Source: a virus. From it: a DNA stretch of 64,000 nt. The position numbers and the translations under genes were made by a program. Positions 1 to 8,465 of the stretch are shown one piece after another. The notes beneath the pieces were generated by a model. That model searched no databases and was not told the DNA's origin. It was given only the letters and a program-made list of their open reading frames with translations. The number at the start of each line of letters is the position of its first letter. The first letter of the stretch is position 1. The stretch is from positions 1 to 64,000 of IMG/VR virus record IMGVR_UViG_3300045110_000277. One strand, written 5' to 3'.

Positions 1-1
1 G

Positions 2-43
2 GTGTCCGCTTACGACAAGAACGCCGGCGAGCTGCGGGCCTAG
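2..43 (+). CDS. 3' end of upstream gene (partial)
   Basis: Open frame VSAYDKNAGELRA* with GC3-rich codons ending TAG at 41-43. Confidence 0.4.
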   Translation: MSAYDKNAGELRA

Positions 44-274
44 AGCGATCTTGGGCGACTGGACCCGCTCCTCTGGGTCCGCGTCGCTGGACGCATCGCG
101 GGCCAGCATAGCGGCGAGCTCAAGGCGAGCGCACGCGCTCACGGGCTGCGAACGACCGTTGGCATCCCGACCAGAGGTCGGCCCGGAGCTCCCCACATTC
201 TGGTATCGCCGCAGGTCAGAGGCGTGAACTGGCCGGTTAGTCCGTGCGGCCCAAGCCGTTGCCGATACCCAGGC

Positions 275-490
275 ATGGCCTGTCCGAGCGGGTGCGACTG
301 CTACTGCAAGGCGAGCTGCCACGAGGCGCACTACCGCCTGCACGAGCAGCTACACGACGTGCTGGAGTGCCGGGCGAGGACGGCGGCGGAGGAAGCGGGT
401 CCCGTGGCGCGAGCGCCGGGGTCGCCGGGGGCGGGTCAGACGCCCGACAGCCACGGGACCCGAATCCTTCCTACGTCCGAGCCGGCTTGA
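275..490 (+). CDS. Small Cys/His-rich hypothetical protein
   Basis: MACPSGCDCYCKASCHEAH...; ATG 6 nt after a GCCGATAC element. Confidence 0.45.
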   Translation: MACPSGCDCYCKASCHEAHYRLHEQLHDVLECRARTAAEEAGPVARAPGSPGAGQTPDSHGTRILPTSEPA

Positions 491-596
491 GCGCAAGTGC
501 GGATGCCAACGAGCGTTCGCAGCACCTCCGCGCGAGATCCCGTCCGGGCGAATCTCCCACTCAACGTGAGAATCCGTGGCTCTGCGTGACCTAGCT

Positions 597-622
597 CAGA
601 TCAGATCCGGAGTTGCCGATCC
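597..622 (+). promoter_or_regulatory. Putative sigma28/WhiG-type promoter for the lysin operon
   Basis: CAGAT-N13-GCCGATCC upstream of the 661 and 804 genes. Confidence 0.55.
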
Positions 623-660
623 ACCTAGGACCTGCCCGAGAAAGCGTCCTAGGAGGACCT

Positions 661-807
661 GTGACCGAACCCGCGCTCGACCCGGACCTCGCCATCGGCG
701 AGCTGGCCGAGACCGACAACACCGCCAAGGCGTCCGACGGCGACCAGCACGTCGCCCAGGAGCCCGGCAGCGCGTACGACCCGACCGGTGAGCCGGTGGA
801 GGCGTGA
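661..807 (+). CDS. Small acidic hypothetical protein
   Basis: AGGAGG RBS before GTG at 661; GTGA overlap with the endolysin start. Confidence 0.7.
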   Translation: MTEPALDPDLAIGELAETDNTAKASDGDQHVAQEPGSAYDPTGEPVEA

Positions 808-1577
808 CCACCGCCCAGCAGTACCTCGCGGTCCAGCGCGGCCAGCTCGGGCAGGGCGAGACGCCCGACGGGTCGAACCACACCATCTACGGCGCCTTCA
901 CGGGCTACCAGAACCAGCCCTGGTGCGGGTCCTTCCAGCTGTGGGCCGCCCATCAGGCCGGTCTCGTGCTGCCGCCCAACGTCAGCCCGGCGCTGGTCTA
1001 CACCCCGGCCGGTGCCGCGGCGTACCAGAAGGACGGTCGCTGGTCGGCCACGCCGATGGTCGGGGCCCACGTCTTCTACCGCTGGCCCGGCTCCAGCCGG
1101 ATCGACCACGTGGAGTGCGTCGAGTCGATCCTGCCCGACGGCAGCTTCTACGCCCTCGGCGGGAACGTCTCGAACCGGGTCATGCGTACCCACCGGTCCC
1201 ACGACAGCGTGGTTGGCTTCGGCCTGCCGGTCTACACCATCGCCCCGCTGCCCCCGGGCCCGCCGCCGGCGCCGCACCCGGTCGGCACGACCCGCGTCTC
1301 GCTGAGCGCGGTCATCGCCGCGGCCAAGCACGACGCCCCGGCGGCCGGTCAGCCGACCGAGCACAAGGTGGACGTGCTCCCGGTGGAGAGGGCGCTGGCC
1401 GCTGAGCACCTGCTGGCCAGCCAGTACGTGGACGGCTCCTTCGGCAAGATGACCATCGCGGCGTACGCGGGCTGGCAGCGCCACTGTGGCTACCAGGGCG
1501 TGGACGCGAACGGCGTGCCTGGCAGCGCCTCCCTGATCAAGCTGGGCGCTCGCCACGGGTTCGTCGTCGTTCGGTGA
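804..1577 (+). CDS. Endolysin: CHAP-like amidase/peptidase domain plus C-terminal peptidoglycan-binding domain
   Basis: QPWCGSF (catalytic Cys), DHVE (His), GGN; Pro linker; VDGSFGKMTIAAYAGWQR...ANGVPG PG-binding repeat. Confidence 0.85.
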   Translation: MTTAQQYLAVQRGQLGQGETPDGSNHTIYGAFTGYQNQPWCGSFQLWAAHQAGLVLPPNVSPALVYTPAGAAAYQKDGRWSATPMVGAHVFYRWPGSSRIDHVECVESILPDGSFYALGGNVSNRVMRTHRSHDSVVGFGLPVYTIAPLPPGPPPAPHPVGTTRVSLSAVIAAAKHDAPAAGQPTEHKVDVLPVERALAAEHLLASQYVDGSFGKMTIAAYAGWQRHCGYQGVDANGVPGSASLIKLGARHGFVVVR

Positions 1578-2527
1578 TCGTCGACCTGTTCGCGGGCGCC
1601 AGTGGGTGGGCCACTGGTGCTCGCGGACTCGTCGAGGGCATCGTCGGGGTCGAGCTCGATCCGCAGGCGGCGCAGACGCACCGCAACGCCCACGGCGCTC
1701 GCTCGGTGATCGAGACCGACGTGCGCTTCGTGAACCCGAACCGGGTCAGCAACGGTCAGTGGGTGGAGGGCCTCATCAGCTCCTCGCCGTGCCAGACGTT
1801 CTCCCGGGCCGGGAAGATGTCCGGCATCCCGCAGGTGCCCAACCTGGTGGACGCGGTGGCGCTGATGGGCGCTGGCGCACCGTTCAAGGAGGCGGTGGCG
1901 ACCACCGGGCTGTCCAGCGCGGACGAGCGCACCCTGATGGCGCTGGAGACGATGCGCTGGATCCACGCCCTCGACGCCGGCGGCCAGAAGCTCGCGTGGG
2001 TCGTGATGGAGCAGGTGCCCTTGGTGCTGCCGGTGTTCCAGGCGTACGAGGAGGTGCTGCGCTCGCGCGGCTTCTCCACCTGGACCGGCCAGGTGAACAG
2101 CGTCGACTTCGGCGTCGCCCAGGACCGGACCCGGGCGGTGATGCTGGCCAGCCGGCTACGCACCGTGGCCAGGCCGTACATCGAGACCCCGAAGCTGGCC
2201 ATCGCGGACGTGCTCGACCTGAGCCACATCCCGGCCGACGCACGGCTCAAGACCGGCAGCTGGGGTGCGGGTGCGACCCGCGGTCGGCCGTTGGTGGATC
2301 GTTCCAGCCCTAGCCCGACGCTGGCGTTTGGGAAAGACTCCAGCGGTTGGGAGTGGGTGGTCGAAGGAGCAAAGACCACCTACCCGCTCACGACGACGGA
2401 CATGGCCCTGCTCCAGGGGTTCCCTGCCGACTTCCCTTGGGCAGGACCACGTACGGCTGTCGTACGACAGATCAGCAACGCCATCCCGCCGCCGTTGGCC
2501 CGGGAGATCTTGCACGCTGTCACCTAG
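1574..2527 (+). CDS. DNA cytosine-C5 methyltransferase (orphan)
   Basis: Motif I VDLFAGASG, motif IV SSPCQTFS, VI MEQV, VIII QDRTR, IX-X LLQGFP...QISNAIPP. Confidence 0.92.
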   Translation: MIVDLFAGASGWATGARGLVEGIVGVELDPQAAQTHRNAHGARSVIETDVRFVNPNRVSNGQWVEGLISSSPCQTFSRAGKMSGIPQVPNLVDAVALMGAGAPFKEAVATTGLSSADERTLMALETMRWIHALDAGGQKLAWVVMEQVPLVLPVFQAYEEVLRSRGFSTWTGQVNSVDFGVAQDRTRAVMLASRLRTVARPYIETPKLAIADVLDLSHIPADARLKTGSWGAGATRGRPLVDRSSPSPTLAFGKDSSGWEWVVEGAKTTYPLTTTDMALLQGFPADFPWAGPRTAVVRQISNAIPPPLAREILHAVT

Positions 2528-2536
2528 GAGGGCACG

Positions 2537-3700
2537 TTGACGTACTCAGACCAGCTCGGTCCCATCGGGGCTGCTGCTGACGCCCAAGTGCAGGGCCTGC
2601 TGAACCAGGTCGCTTCACTGACGGCCTCGCTCACCGCGGCACAGGCCCAGCACGCCGCTGACCTGCAGACCATCGCGGCGGAGACGGCCACCATCACCGG
2701 TGACCAGGCTCAGATCGACGCGCTGAACGCGAAGGTCGCCGACCTGGCCGCCAAGCTGGCTGCCGACGAGGCGATCTTGCACCCGCCGCCCCCGCCCCCT
2801 CCGCCGCCGCCCCCGCCCCCGCCTCCCCCTCCGCCCCCGCCGCCCGCGGTCACGCTCAGCGGCAGCGCGTACATCTCCGGCCAGGAGAGCGCGTGGGAGC
2901 AGATGGAGGCGATGTGCGGCAAGCCGCTGGACTCCCGGCGGTCATACCACTCGCCGGGCGCGCTGCCGGCGACGCTCGCCCAGACCGAGGCCGGCATCGA
3001 CATCGGCAAGCGCCGCTCGGTGTGGTCGATGAAGGGCCTGACCGGCAACGGGAACACCGACTGGGCCTTCATCGCCTCAGGCGGTCAGGACGCCCAGATC
3101 CTCGCGGTGCTGCGGTCGAACCCGCTGGACCACGAGCTGGACCTGATCACCCACCACGAGCCCGACGGCGGTGGCGGTGGCTCGTACCAGGACGGCCCGT
3201 TCGCCGACTACCGGGCGATGAGCAAGCACGTGCGCACGCTCGTGGACCTGGTGAACGGTGAGCGGCTGGCCAAGTCGGCCACCGCGAAGAAGATCCGGTA
3301 CGGCGCGGTGTGGATGACCTTCACGCTGATCCGCACCGACGCCCCGTTCAAGGGCACCGCCCTGGCCGACCAGTGGTACCCCGGCGACGGCGTGTTCGAC
3401 TTCATCTACTGGGACGGCTACAACGTCCACGTCACCACGAAGGCGATGCAGACCGCGGGCGCGATCTTCAACGCGGCGCTGGCGTACACCCAGAGCAAGC
3501 CCGGGGTCGGCTTCGGGATCACCGAGTACGGCAACTTCGCCGGCTTCACCGTCGCCCAGCGCGCTGCGGACATCGTGGCGTGGCGGGCGTACTGCAAGAG
3601 CGTGAAGGCCCAGGTGAGCATGTACTTCAACGTCATGCCCGCCGGGTCGTACGACTGGAGGCTCACCGACAACAGCGAGTACCAGGCGCTGGTGAGCTGA
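2537..3700 (+). CDS. Coiled-coil + 21-Pro linker + GH26-like (clan GH-A) glycoside hydrolase domain
   Basis: HHEPD, WYPGDGVFDFIYWDGYN and ITEYG motifs typical of GH26-like TIM barrels. Confidence 0.7.
   Translation: MTYSDQLGPIGAAADAQVQGLLNQVASLTASLTAAQAQHAADLQTIAAETATITGDQAQIDALNAKVADLAAKLAADEAILHPPPPPPPPPPPPPPPPPPPPPAVTLSGSAYISGQESAWEQMEAMCGKPLDSRRSYHSPGALPATLAQTEAGIDIGKRRSVWSMKGLTGNGNTDWAFIASGGQDAQILAVLRSNPLDHELDLITHHEPDGGGGGSYQDGPFADYRAMSKHVRTLVDLVNGERLAKSATAKKIRYGAVWMTFTLIRTDAPFKGTALADQWYPGDGVFDFIYWDGYNVHVTTKAMQTAGAIFNAALAYTQSKPGVGFGITEYGNFAGFTVAQRAADIVAWRAYCKSVKAQVSMYFNVMPAGSYDWRLTDNSEYQALVS
2783..2845 (+). repeat. (CCN)21 polyproline-coding tract
   Basis: 21 consecutive Pro codons. 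Confidence 0.95.
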
Positions 3701-3725
3701 GATCCGCCGGCGGCCGCACCGATAC
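3699..3725 (+). promoter_or_regulatory. Putative sigma28/WhiG-type promoter (leaderless)
   Basis: GAGAT-N14-ACCGATAC, ATG at 3732; a palindrome copy at 3736-3753 follows. Confidence 0.5.
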
Positions 3726-3731
3726 CCAGCC

Positions 3732-3863
3732 ATGATGCGAACGCTCATTGGCAGGAGCCTGCAGGGTGCGGCCGCCGGCGCGCTATTCGCGGTCGTCGGC
3801 ATCTGGGCGTGGATCGCGGTGATCGGCGTCCAGGAGTGGGCGAAACGGAACGGGCTTGCCTGA
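3732..3863 (+). CDS. Small single-TM membrane protein
   Basis: MMRTLIGRSLQGAAAGALFAVVGIWAWIAVIGVQEWAKRNGLA; below the ORF-track cutoff. Confidence 0.55.
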   Translation: MMRTLIGRSLQGAAAGALFAVVGIWAWIAVIGVQEWAKRNGLA

Positions 3864-3885
3864 CCGTGCTCAAAGGTCCTAGGAT
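3856..3885 (+). promoter_or_regulatory. Housekeeping (sigmaA/HrdB-type) promoter, leaderless
   Basis: TTGCCT-N18-TAGGAT, ATG 6 nt downstream; GCTCAAAGG motif in the spacer. Confidence 0.55.
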
Positions 3886-3891
3886 GGGCGC

Positions 3892-4362
3892 ATGGCTGAC
3901 CCGTACGCCCTCGACCTCGCGTGGTACGACGCCGCGCAGGACAAGCACAAGCGGCTGACCGCGCCGATCTTGAACCTGAGCGGCACCAAGAACAGCACGG
4001 GCGACCACTTCGAGATCACCGTCGAGGCGGAGCCAGCGGTGGTGGACCTCGCGGTCGGCCGGGTCTACCAGGTCACGCTGGAGACGCCCGCCAAGGCGCT
4101 CGCCAAGCAGCTCGACTGCGTGATGGTCAGCGCGACGCTCCAACGCACGGCGAGCAACCAGCCCGACAACATGATTCTGATCTTCGAGGATGTCGCAGGG
4201 TTCAAGCTCGGCACGGGCACTACGTTCGGCGACCTGGGGCGCGAGATGCCCAAGCCGCCGAAGTTCAGCTCCATCGAGGAGGCAGACGCCTGGATGGAGA
4301 AGCACGAGGAGCGCGCCACCGGGGCGCTCGACAAGATCCTGGGCAAGAGGAGCAACCGATGA
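3892..4362 (+). CDS. Hypothetical protein with PPKFxxxEEADAW motif
   Basis: Good codon bias, ATGA overlap with the next gene. Confidence 0.75.
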   Translation: MADPYALDLAWYDAAQDKHKRLTAPILNLSGTKNSTGDHFEITVEAEPAVVDLAVGRVYQVTLETPAKALAKQLDCVMVSATLQRTASNQPDNMILIFEDVAGFKLGTGTTFGDLGREMPKPPKFSSIEEADAWMEKHEERATGALDKILGKRSNR

Positions 4363-4709
4363 GCGAGACAACTCCCGAGGCTTCGGCCACGGAGGAGGAG
4401 GTGCCAGCCATCGTGCTGGACGTACCGACGGCGGACGGCAACGCGGTGAACGCCGTGGACCTGCCCGTCGAGGAGGAGAGCCCGGCCGAGGCCGAAGCCG
4501 AGGTCGAGGCGCCCGAGAGTCTGGACCCGCCCGAGGAGGCCCCGCTGGACGGCGAGGGCAACCCGATCCAGGAGCGCGACCTGGAGGACCCGGCGGACGC
4601 AGAGACGGCTCAGGCTGATCCCGAGCCGGTCCCGGTGCCCGACGCCAGCTCGCACGCCTTCGTGCCCGGCGTGGACAACCCAGAGCCCGAAGGTGCGTAC
4701 GTGCCCTGA
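4359..4709 (+). CDS. Highly acidic disordered protein
   Basis: MSETTPEASATEEE...; RBS GAGGAG; E/D/P-rich. Confidence 0.7.
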   Translation: MSETTPEASATEEEVPAIVLDVPTADGNAVNAVDLPVEEESPAEAEAEVEAPESLDPPEEAPLDGEGNPIQERDLEDPADAETAQADPEPVPVPDASSHAFVPGVDNPEPEGAYVP

Positions 4710-4750
4710 TCTGAGTAGCGTGCTACTCGTCGTGCTCGCCTGCGACCGGG

Positions 4751-4784
4751 AGCCCCGACCGTCTCATACACGGCCGGGGCTTTC
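4751..4784 (+). terminator. Putative intrinsic terminator hairpin
   Basis: AGCCCCGACCGT...ACGGCCGGGGCT followed by TT. Confidence 0.5.
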
Positions 4785-4852
4785 CGCTGTATCGGCCGAT
4801 GGGCGCGCTTCGGGTGGCGCAAGACTCGCGCCAGCGCGCCTAGCTCTGAGGC

Positions 4853-4879
4853 AAGTTCGCGCCGGTCTCGTGCCGATAG
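4853..4879 (+). promoter_or_regulatory. Putative sigma28/WhiG-type promoter
   Basis: AAGTT-N14-GCCGATAG upstream of the 4901 gene. Confidence 0.65.
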
Positions 4880-4900
4880 GCGTCTCGGAGAGGAGTTCCG

Positions 4901-5170
4901 ATGGCACTCACGCCTGGCACGTACACGCAGGGCTCAGCGGTCAGCGACGCCGAGACCGGCTGGGGCGACAGCTCGGCTGACAGCAAGACCGGCGGCCCGT
5001 ACTTCCAGGACGCCGTGATCTCGCCGGTCACCGTGGCCGACGGCACGCTGCGCCAGCGGTTCGACCTCAAGTGCTACCCGCAGAAGGGCATCACCGCCCT
5101 GGGCACCGACTCCGACGGTGCGGCGGCTCCGGCCACCGCGAAGACCGTCTACGGCGCCACCAGCCACTGA
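4901..5170 (+). CDS. Hypothetical (possibly virion) protein
   Basis: GAGGAG RBS, ATG, strong GC3 bias. Confidence 0.7.
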   Translation: MALTPGTYTQGSAVSDAETGWGDSSADSKTGGPYFQDAVISPVTVADGTLRQRFDLKCYPQKGITALGTDSDGAAAPATAKTVYGATSH

Positions 5171-5213
5171 CCCTGCACCTGCCAACGAGCGTTCGCACGC
5201 CGAGGAGACCCAG

Positions 5214-5441
5214 ATGTCCGACATGAGCATCCGCGAGCAGGGCAGCGCGACCGCGACCTGCCCGAGCTGCGGCGCCGCCCTGGCCGTCAGCACCACGGCG
5301 TACGGCTCCGAGGTGCCCGACACCTGCCTGGTCTGCTACGGCGACCCGGCGAGCGCCCCCGCCGACGAGCCCGCCCCGACCGCGCTCGACCAGCTCGACC
5401 CGCCGTCCGACCCGCCCGCTGTGACCGAGGAGACCGACTGA
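5214..5441 (+). CDS. Small Zn-ribbon protein
   Basis: CPSC...CLVC; RBS GAGGAG. Confidence 0.6.
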   Translation: MSDMSIREQGSATATCPSCGAALAVSTTAYGSEVPDTCLVCYGDPASAPADEPAPTALDQLDPPSDPPAVTEETD

Positions 5442-5442
5442 C

Positions 5443-6507
5443 ATGGCAGCTCCCACCCTGACCGCGGTCTCCCCGGCTTCTGCTGAGGCGGGCAAGGCCA
5501 CCACGGTCGTCCTGACCGGCACGGGCCTCGGCACCGCCCTCGTCCCGGCTGTGACCGCCTCCGGCGGCTGCACGGTGGGCACGGTGACCGGCCTGGCCGG
5601 CACGTCCATCAGCTTCACGCTCACGCCCCCGGTCGGGGCGCCGGCGGGCGTGGCGCCGACCCTGACGGTGAAGACCCGGCACACGATCTCCAACGTCGTC
5701 CTGACCAGCAACGTGGTCACGGTCACGGTGGAGTCCGGCCACTCGATCATGGTCGGCGACTCGGTGGCTGTGGTCGCCGTGACGAACACGGCCATCAACG
5801 GCACCTTCACGGTGACGGCGGCCGACGCGACCACGTTCAGCTACGCACTGACCCACGCCAACATCACCACGGGCGCGGACACCGGCACGGTGGTGGACAA
5901 CACCGCCGTCACCCACGCGGGCCCGGTCCTGCGGCCCGGCGGCGCCTCGACCCAGCCGTACTACAACACGATCCCGGGCACCGTCCTCGCGGCGGACTCG
6001 GCGGTCGGGCAGACCACGGAGACCTCGGTCGACGTGGAGAACCCGTTGAACGGCAAGGTCCTGTCGAGCGCCACGGCGAACAGTCAGTCGGCGAAGCAAT
6101 GGACCGACAACGGCTCCGGGCTGCAGCCGGCCGAGCCCGTCGCGGCGACCAACCCGGCCGTGGCGATGGACTCCCGCCTGCAGGAGACGGACCTGTCGGG
6201 CGTGGGCCTGGGCGACTACGTGCAGCAGCACGCCTACAGCTTCCCGCTGGTCAACAAGGTGCTCACGTCCAACGTGGCCACCCTGACCACGGCGCAGGCG
6301 CACGGCTTCACCGTCGGCCAGGTCGTCACCGTCGCCGGGATCGACTCGATCTTCAACGGCGCCTTCACCATCACGGCGGTGACCAGCACGACCTTCTCGT
6401 ACGCCAAGACCCACGCGGACGTGGGCACCGCAGCCATCACGGCCGGGACCGTGACGGGCACCTTCGCGGACCGTCCCAGCAGGATCCCGGCCCCTTCGGT
6501 GGGGTAG
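5443..6507 (+). CDS. Virion-associated beta-rich protein: IPT/Ig-like N-terminus plus two LTSNV beta-domains
   Basis: APTLTAVSPAS...VVLTGTGL (IPT-like); two copies of LTSNV..T...H....G..V.VA.....NG.FT.TA...TTFSYA.THA. Confidence 0.7.
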   Translation: MAAPTLTAVSPASAEAGKATTVVLTGTGLGTALVPAVTASGGCTVGTVTGLAGTSISFTLTPPVGAPAGVAPTLTVKTRHTISNVVLTSNVVTVTVESGHSIMVGDSVAVVAVTNTAINGTFTVTAADATTFSYALTHANITTGADTGTVVDNTAVTHAGPVLRPGGASTQPYYNTIPGTVLAADSAVGQTTETSVDVENPLNGKVLSSATANSQSAKQWTDNGSGLQPAEPVAATNPAVAMDSRLQETDLSGVGLGDYVQQHAYSFPLVNKVLTSNVATLTTAQAHGFTVGQVVTVAGIDSIFNGAFTITAVTSTTFSYAKTHADVGTAAITAGTVTGTFADRPSRIPAPSVG

Positions 6508-6866
6508 TGCCTCTCGGGGACCCCAACCGACCGGCATCGGTGCTCTGCACGAACTGCGGAGCAACGGTGCCGGTCGGTGTGTTCGGGAGGCTCCCCAGGT
6601 TCTGCAAGCCCTGCCGGAACGACCGCGAGGTCCAGAAGCGGCACCGCCCCGAGCCGAAGCCCCGTGTCCTGCCCACCGAGGCCGAGCTCGACGAGCGCAT
6701 GGAGTACCGGCTGACCCAGCTCAGGCTGCGAACGGCTGCCGCGGTGCCGCTGCTGCGGATCGCCCTGGAGCACCGCCAGTGGGAGCTGGTGGACGCCGCG
6801 CTCGACGAGCTGGAGGGCAAGGGCACGGTCATCGACCTGCGTGCCTATGTTGCCCATTTGGGCTAG
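6507..6866 (+). CDS. Zn-finger hypothetical protein
   Basis: CTNC...FCKPC, then a helical region. Confidence 0.6.
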   Translation: MPLGDPNRPASVLCTNCGATVPVGVFGRLPRFCKPCRNDREVQKRHRPEPKPRVLPTEAELDERMEYRLTQLRLRTAAAVPLLRIALEHRQWELVDAALDELEGKGTVIDLRAYVAHLG

Positions 6867-6876
6867 GATGCCGGCC

Positions 6877-7209
6877 ATGCCTGCACTCCACACGGTCAAG
6901 CCCGAGATCAGTTTCGGCTACGTCACCGTCCGGTTCACCTGCCAGGCCCCCGAGGGCTCCGACTGCCGCGTCGAGTGCGCAGAGAGCTGCGGCGCCGAGA
7001 GCTGGCCCTGCTACGACGACGAGGGCCTGCCCGAGCAGCGCGAGCACCCACGAAAGGACGGCGGCGAGTGTCAGGTGATCTTGTGGCTGGAGGACGACGG
7101 GATCGAGAACCACGTCGCCAAGGCCGAGGTGCTCCGTGAGGCGCCGATCCACGTGCGATGGACTGGAGACGGCTACCAGTGGGCCTTCGAGGAGGCACTC
7201 CTTGCATGA
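6877..7209 (+). CDS. Cys-rich hypothetical protein
   Basis: TAGGAT -10 element at 6864-6869 upstream; FTC...CRVECAESC. Confidence 0.65.
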   Translation: MPALHTVKPEISFGYVTVRFTCQAPEGSDCRVECAESCGAESWPCYDDEGLPEQREHPRKDGGECQVILWLEDDGIENHVAKAEVLREAPIHVRWTGDGYQWAFEEALLA

Positions 7210-7393
7210 CCAGCTGACCCTCGACGGCGAAACCGAGCGCATCCCAGGTGTGGTCCGCGACGCTAGTGGGCAGATTGCTCAGCGGTGGGTCCAGATCGTG
7301 CGCACCACCACCGGCCTTGTTGTTCATGCTCCCGCCGACGTGTCGGCCGTTGTCGACCCCGACGGGCGTGTGACGCTGGTCTGGCCCGAGTGA
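7202..7393 (+). CDS. Hypothetical protein
   Basis: TTG start after GAGGAGG; overlaps both neighbours. Confidence 0.5.
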   Translation: MHDQLTLDGETERIPGVVRDASGQIAQRWVQIVRTTTGLVVHAPADVSAVVDPDGRVTLVWPE

Positions 7394-7509
7394 CCCAGCC
7401 AGACCCGTATCGGTGCGGGTGGTGCAACGCGCACAAGCCCGTTCCTAGCCTCGCTCGTGACTGCGAGCGCAAGCACGAGGAGGAGGAGAATGGCCCAGCA
7501 CGGCCGTAA
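7390..7509 (+). CDS. Tiny C2-CH Zn-finger protein
   Basis: YRCGWC...ARDCERKH. Confidence 0.5.
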   Translation: MTQPDPYRCGWCNAHKPVPSLARDCERKHEEEENGPARP

Positions 7510-8083
7510 CCACGTGGTGGTCTGCCCGATGGGCGACTGGCAGATCGAGTGGCCGCACTACGCCTACGAGGACGAGTTGCTCCTCATCGTCATCGAGGAG
7601 ATCCTGCGCGAGCACCTGCTCCACGACCACCAGCTCGCGCGAACGCACCACCCGGCCTGGAGACTCGGGCCGGTCAGCGAGACCAGCACGGCACAAAGGG
7701 CGGCGGCGGCCCTCGCCGCGTCCCATTCGTCCTGGGATCACCCAGGTAAGCAGAGGAGTCCAGACGTGAGCTTCACCCTCAAGGACAACCAGCAGGTCGA
7801 CCTGTCCCTGACGTTCCAGGACGCAGCGGGCAACGCGACCGTGGACACCGGCGCGCTCGCGTGGGCGTCCTCGGACGACTCGGTGCTCGTGGTCGTCGAC
7901 AACGGCAACGGGTCGGCCACCGCGGTCGCCCAGGGCCCGGTCGGCTCCGCCACGGTCACGGTGACCGACACGGAGACCAACGGCCAGCAGTTCATCGGCT
8001 CGCTCGCCATCGACGTGGTTGGCGGCGACACCGCGGCCATCACGGTCGTGGCCGGCACCCCGGTGGACAAGCCGGTCGCGTAG
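7490..8083 (+). CDS. Protein with C-terminal Ig-like domain; second in-frame start likely at 7766
   Basis: RBS+ATG at 7490 and RBS (AGAGGAG)+GTG at 7766; WASSDDSVLVV...GSATVTVT Big-type motif. Confidence 0.65.
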   Translation: MAQHGRNHVVVCPMGDWQIEWPHYAYEDELLLIVIEEILREHLLHDHQLARTHHPAWRLGPVSETSTAQRAAAALAASHSSWDHPGKQRSPDVSFTLKDNQQVDLSLTFQDAAGNATVDTGALAWASSDDSVLVVVDNGNGSATAVAQGPVGSATVTVTDTETNGQQFIGSLAIDVVGGDTAAITVVAGTPVDKPVA

Positions 8084-8090
8084 CAACAGC

Positions 8091-8129
8091 CGAGAGCCCC
8101 GACCCTCGCAGCTTGGGTCGGGGCTCTCG
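8091..8129. terminator. Bidirectional terminator hairpin between convergent genes
   Basis: Perfect 15-bp stem CGAGAGCCCCGACCC / GGGTCGGGGCTCTCG. Confidence 0.85.
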
Positions 8130-8147
8130 CTTGTGCCTGGGTACTGC

Positions 8148-8465
8148 CTACGAGCGCGGGGGCTTACCGCCCGGCTCCGGGCCGGTGAACACCTCCGAAC
8201 GCAGCTGTGCGAACTGCTGCTGGACCTCACGGCGCACCTGCTGGGTGACCTCGTTGACGATCTCCTGCTTGGCGGCGTGGAGCACCATCACCTCGCTGAC
8301 CCTGCGAGCCGACCGGATCGTCTGCTCGGCAAGGTCCCAGAACGCCTGGCCGTACTGCGCGAGCTGCTCGCTCGTGGTGCCGGACGGCGTGCCCGAGTCG
8401 ATGAGGGACTGGATGTCCAGCCGGGATGGGCTGTAGCCCACCCGCTCCTCTGTCTGCGCTGTCAT
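8148..8465 (-). CDS. Helical hypothetical protein; the only credible minus-strand gene
   Basis: AGGAGAGG RBS before ATG, converges on the hairpin, coiled-coil-like composition. Confidence 0.7.
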   Translation of the reverse strand: MTAQTEERVGYSPSRLDIQSLIDSGTPSGTTSEQLAQYGQAFWDLAEQTIRSARRVSEVMVLHAAKQEIVNEVTQQVRREVQQQFAQLRSEVFTGPEPGGKPPRS

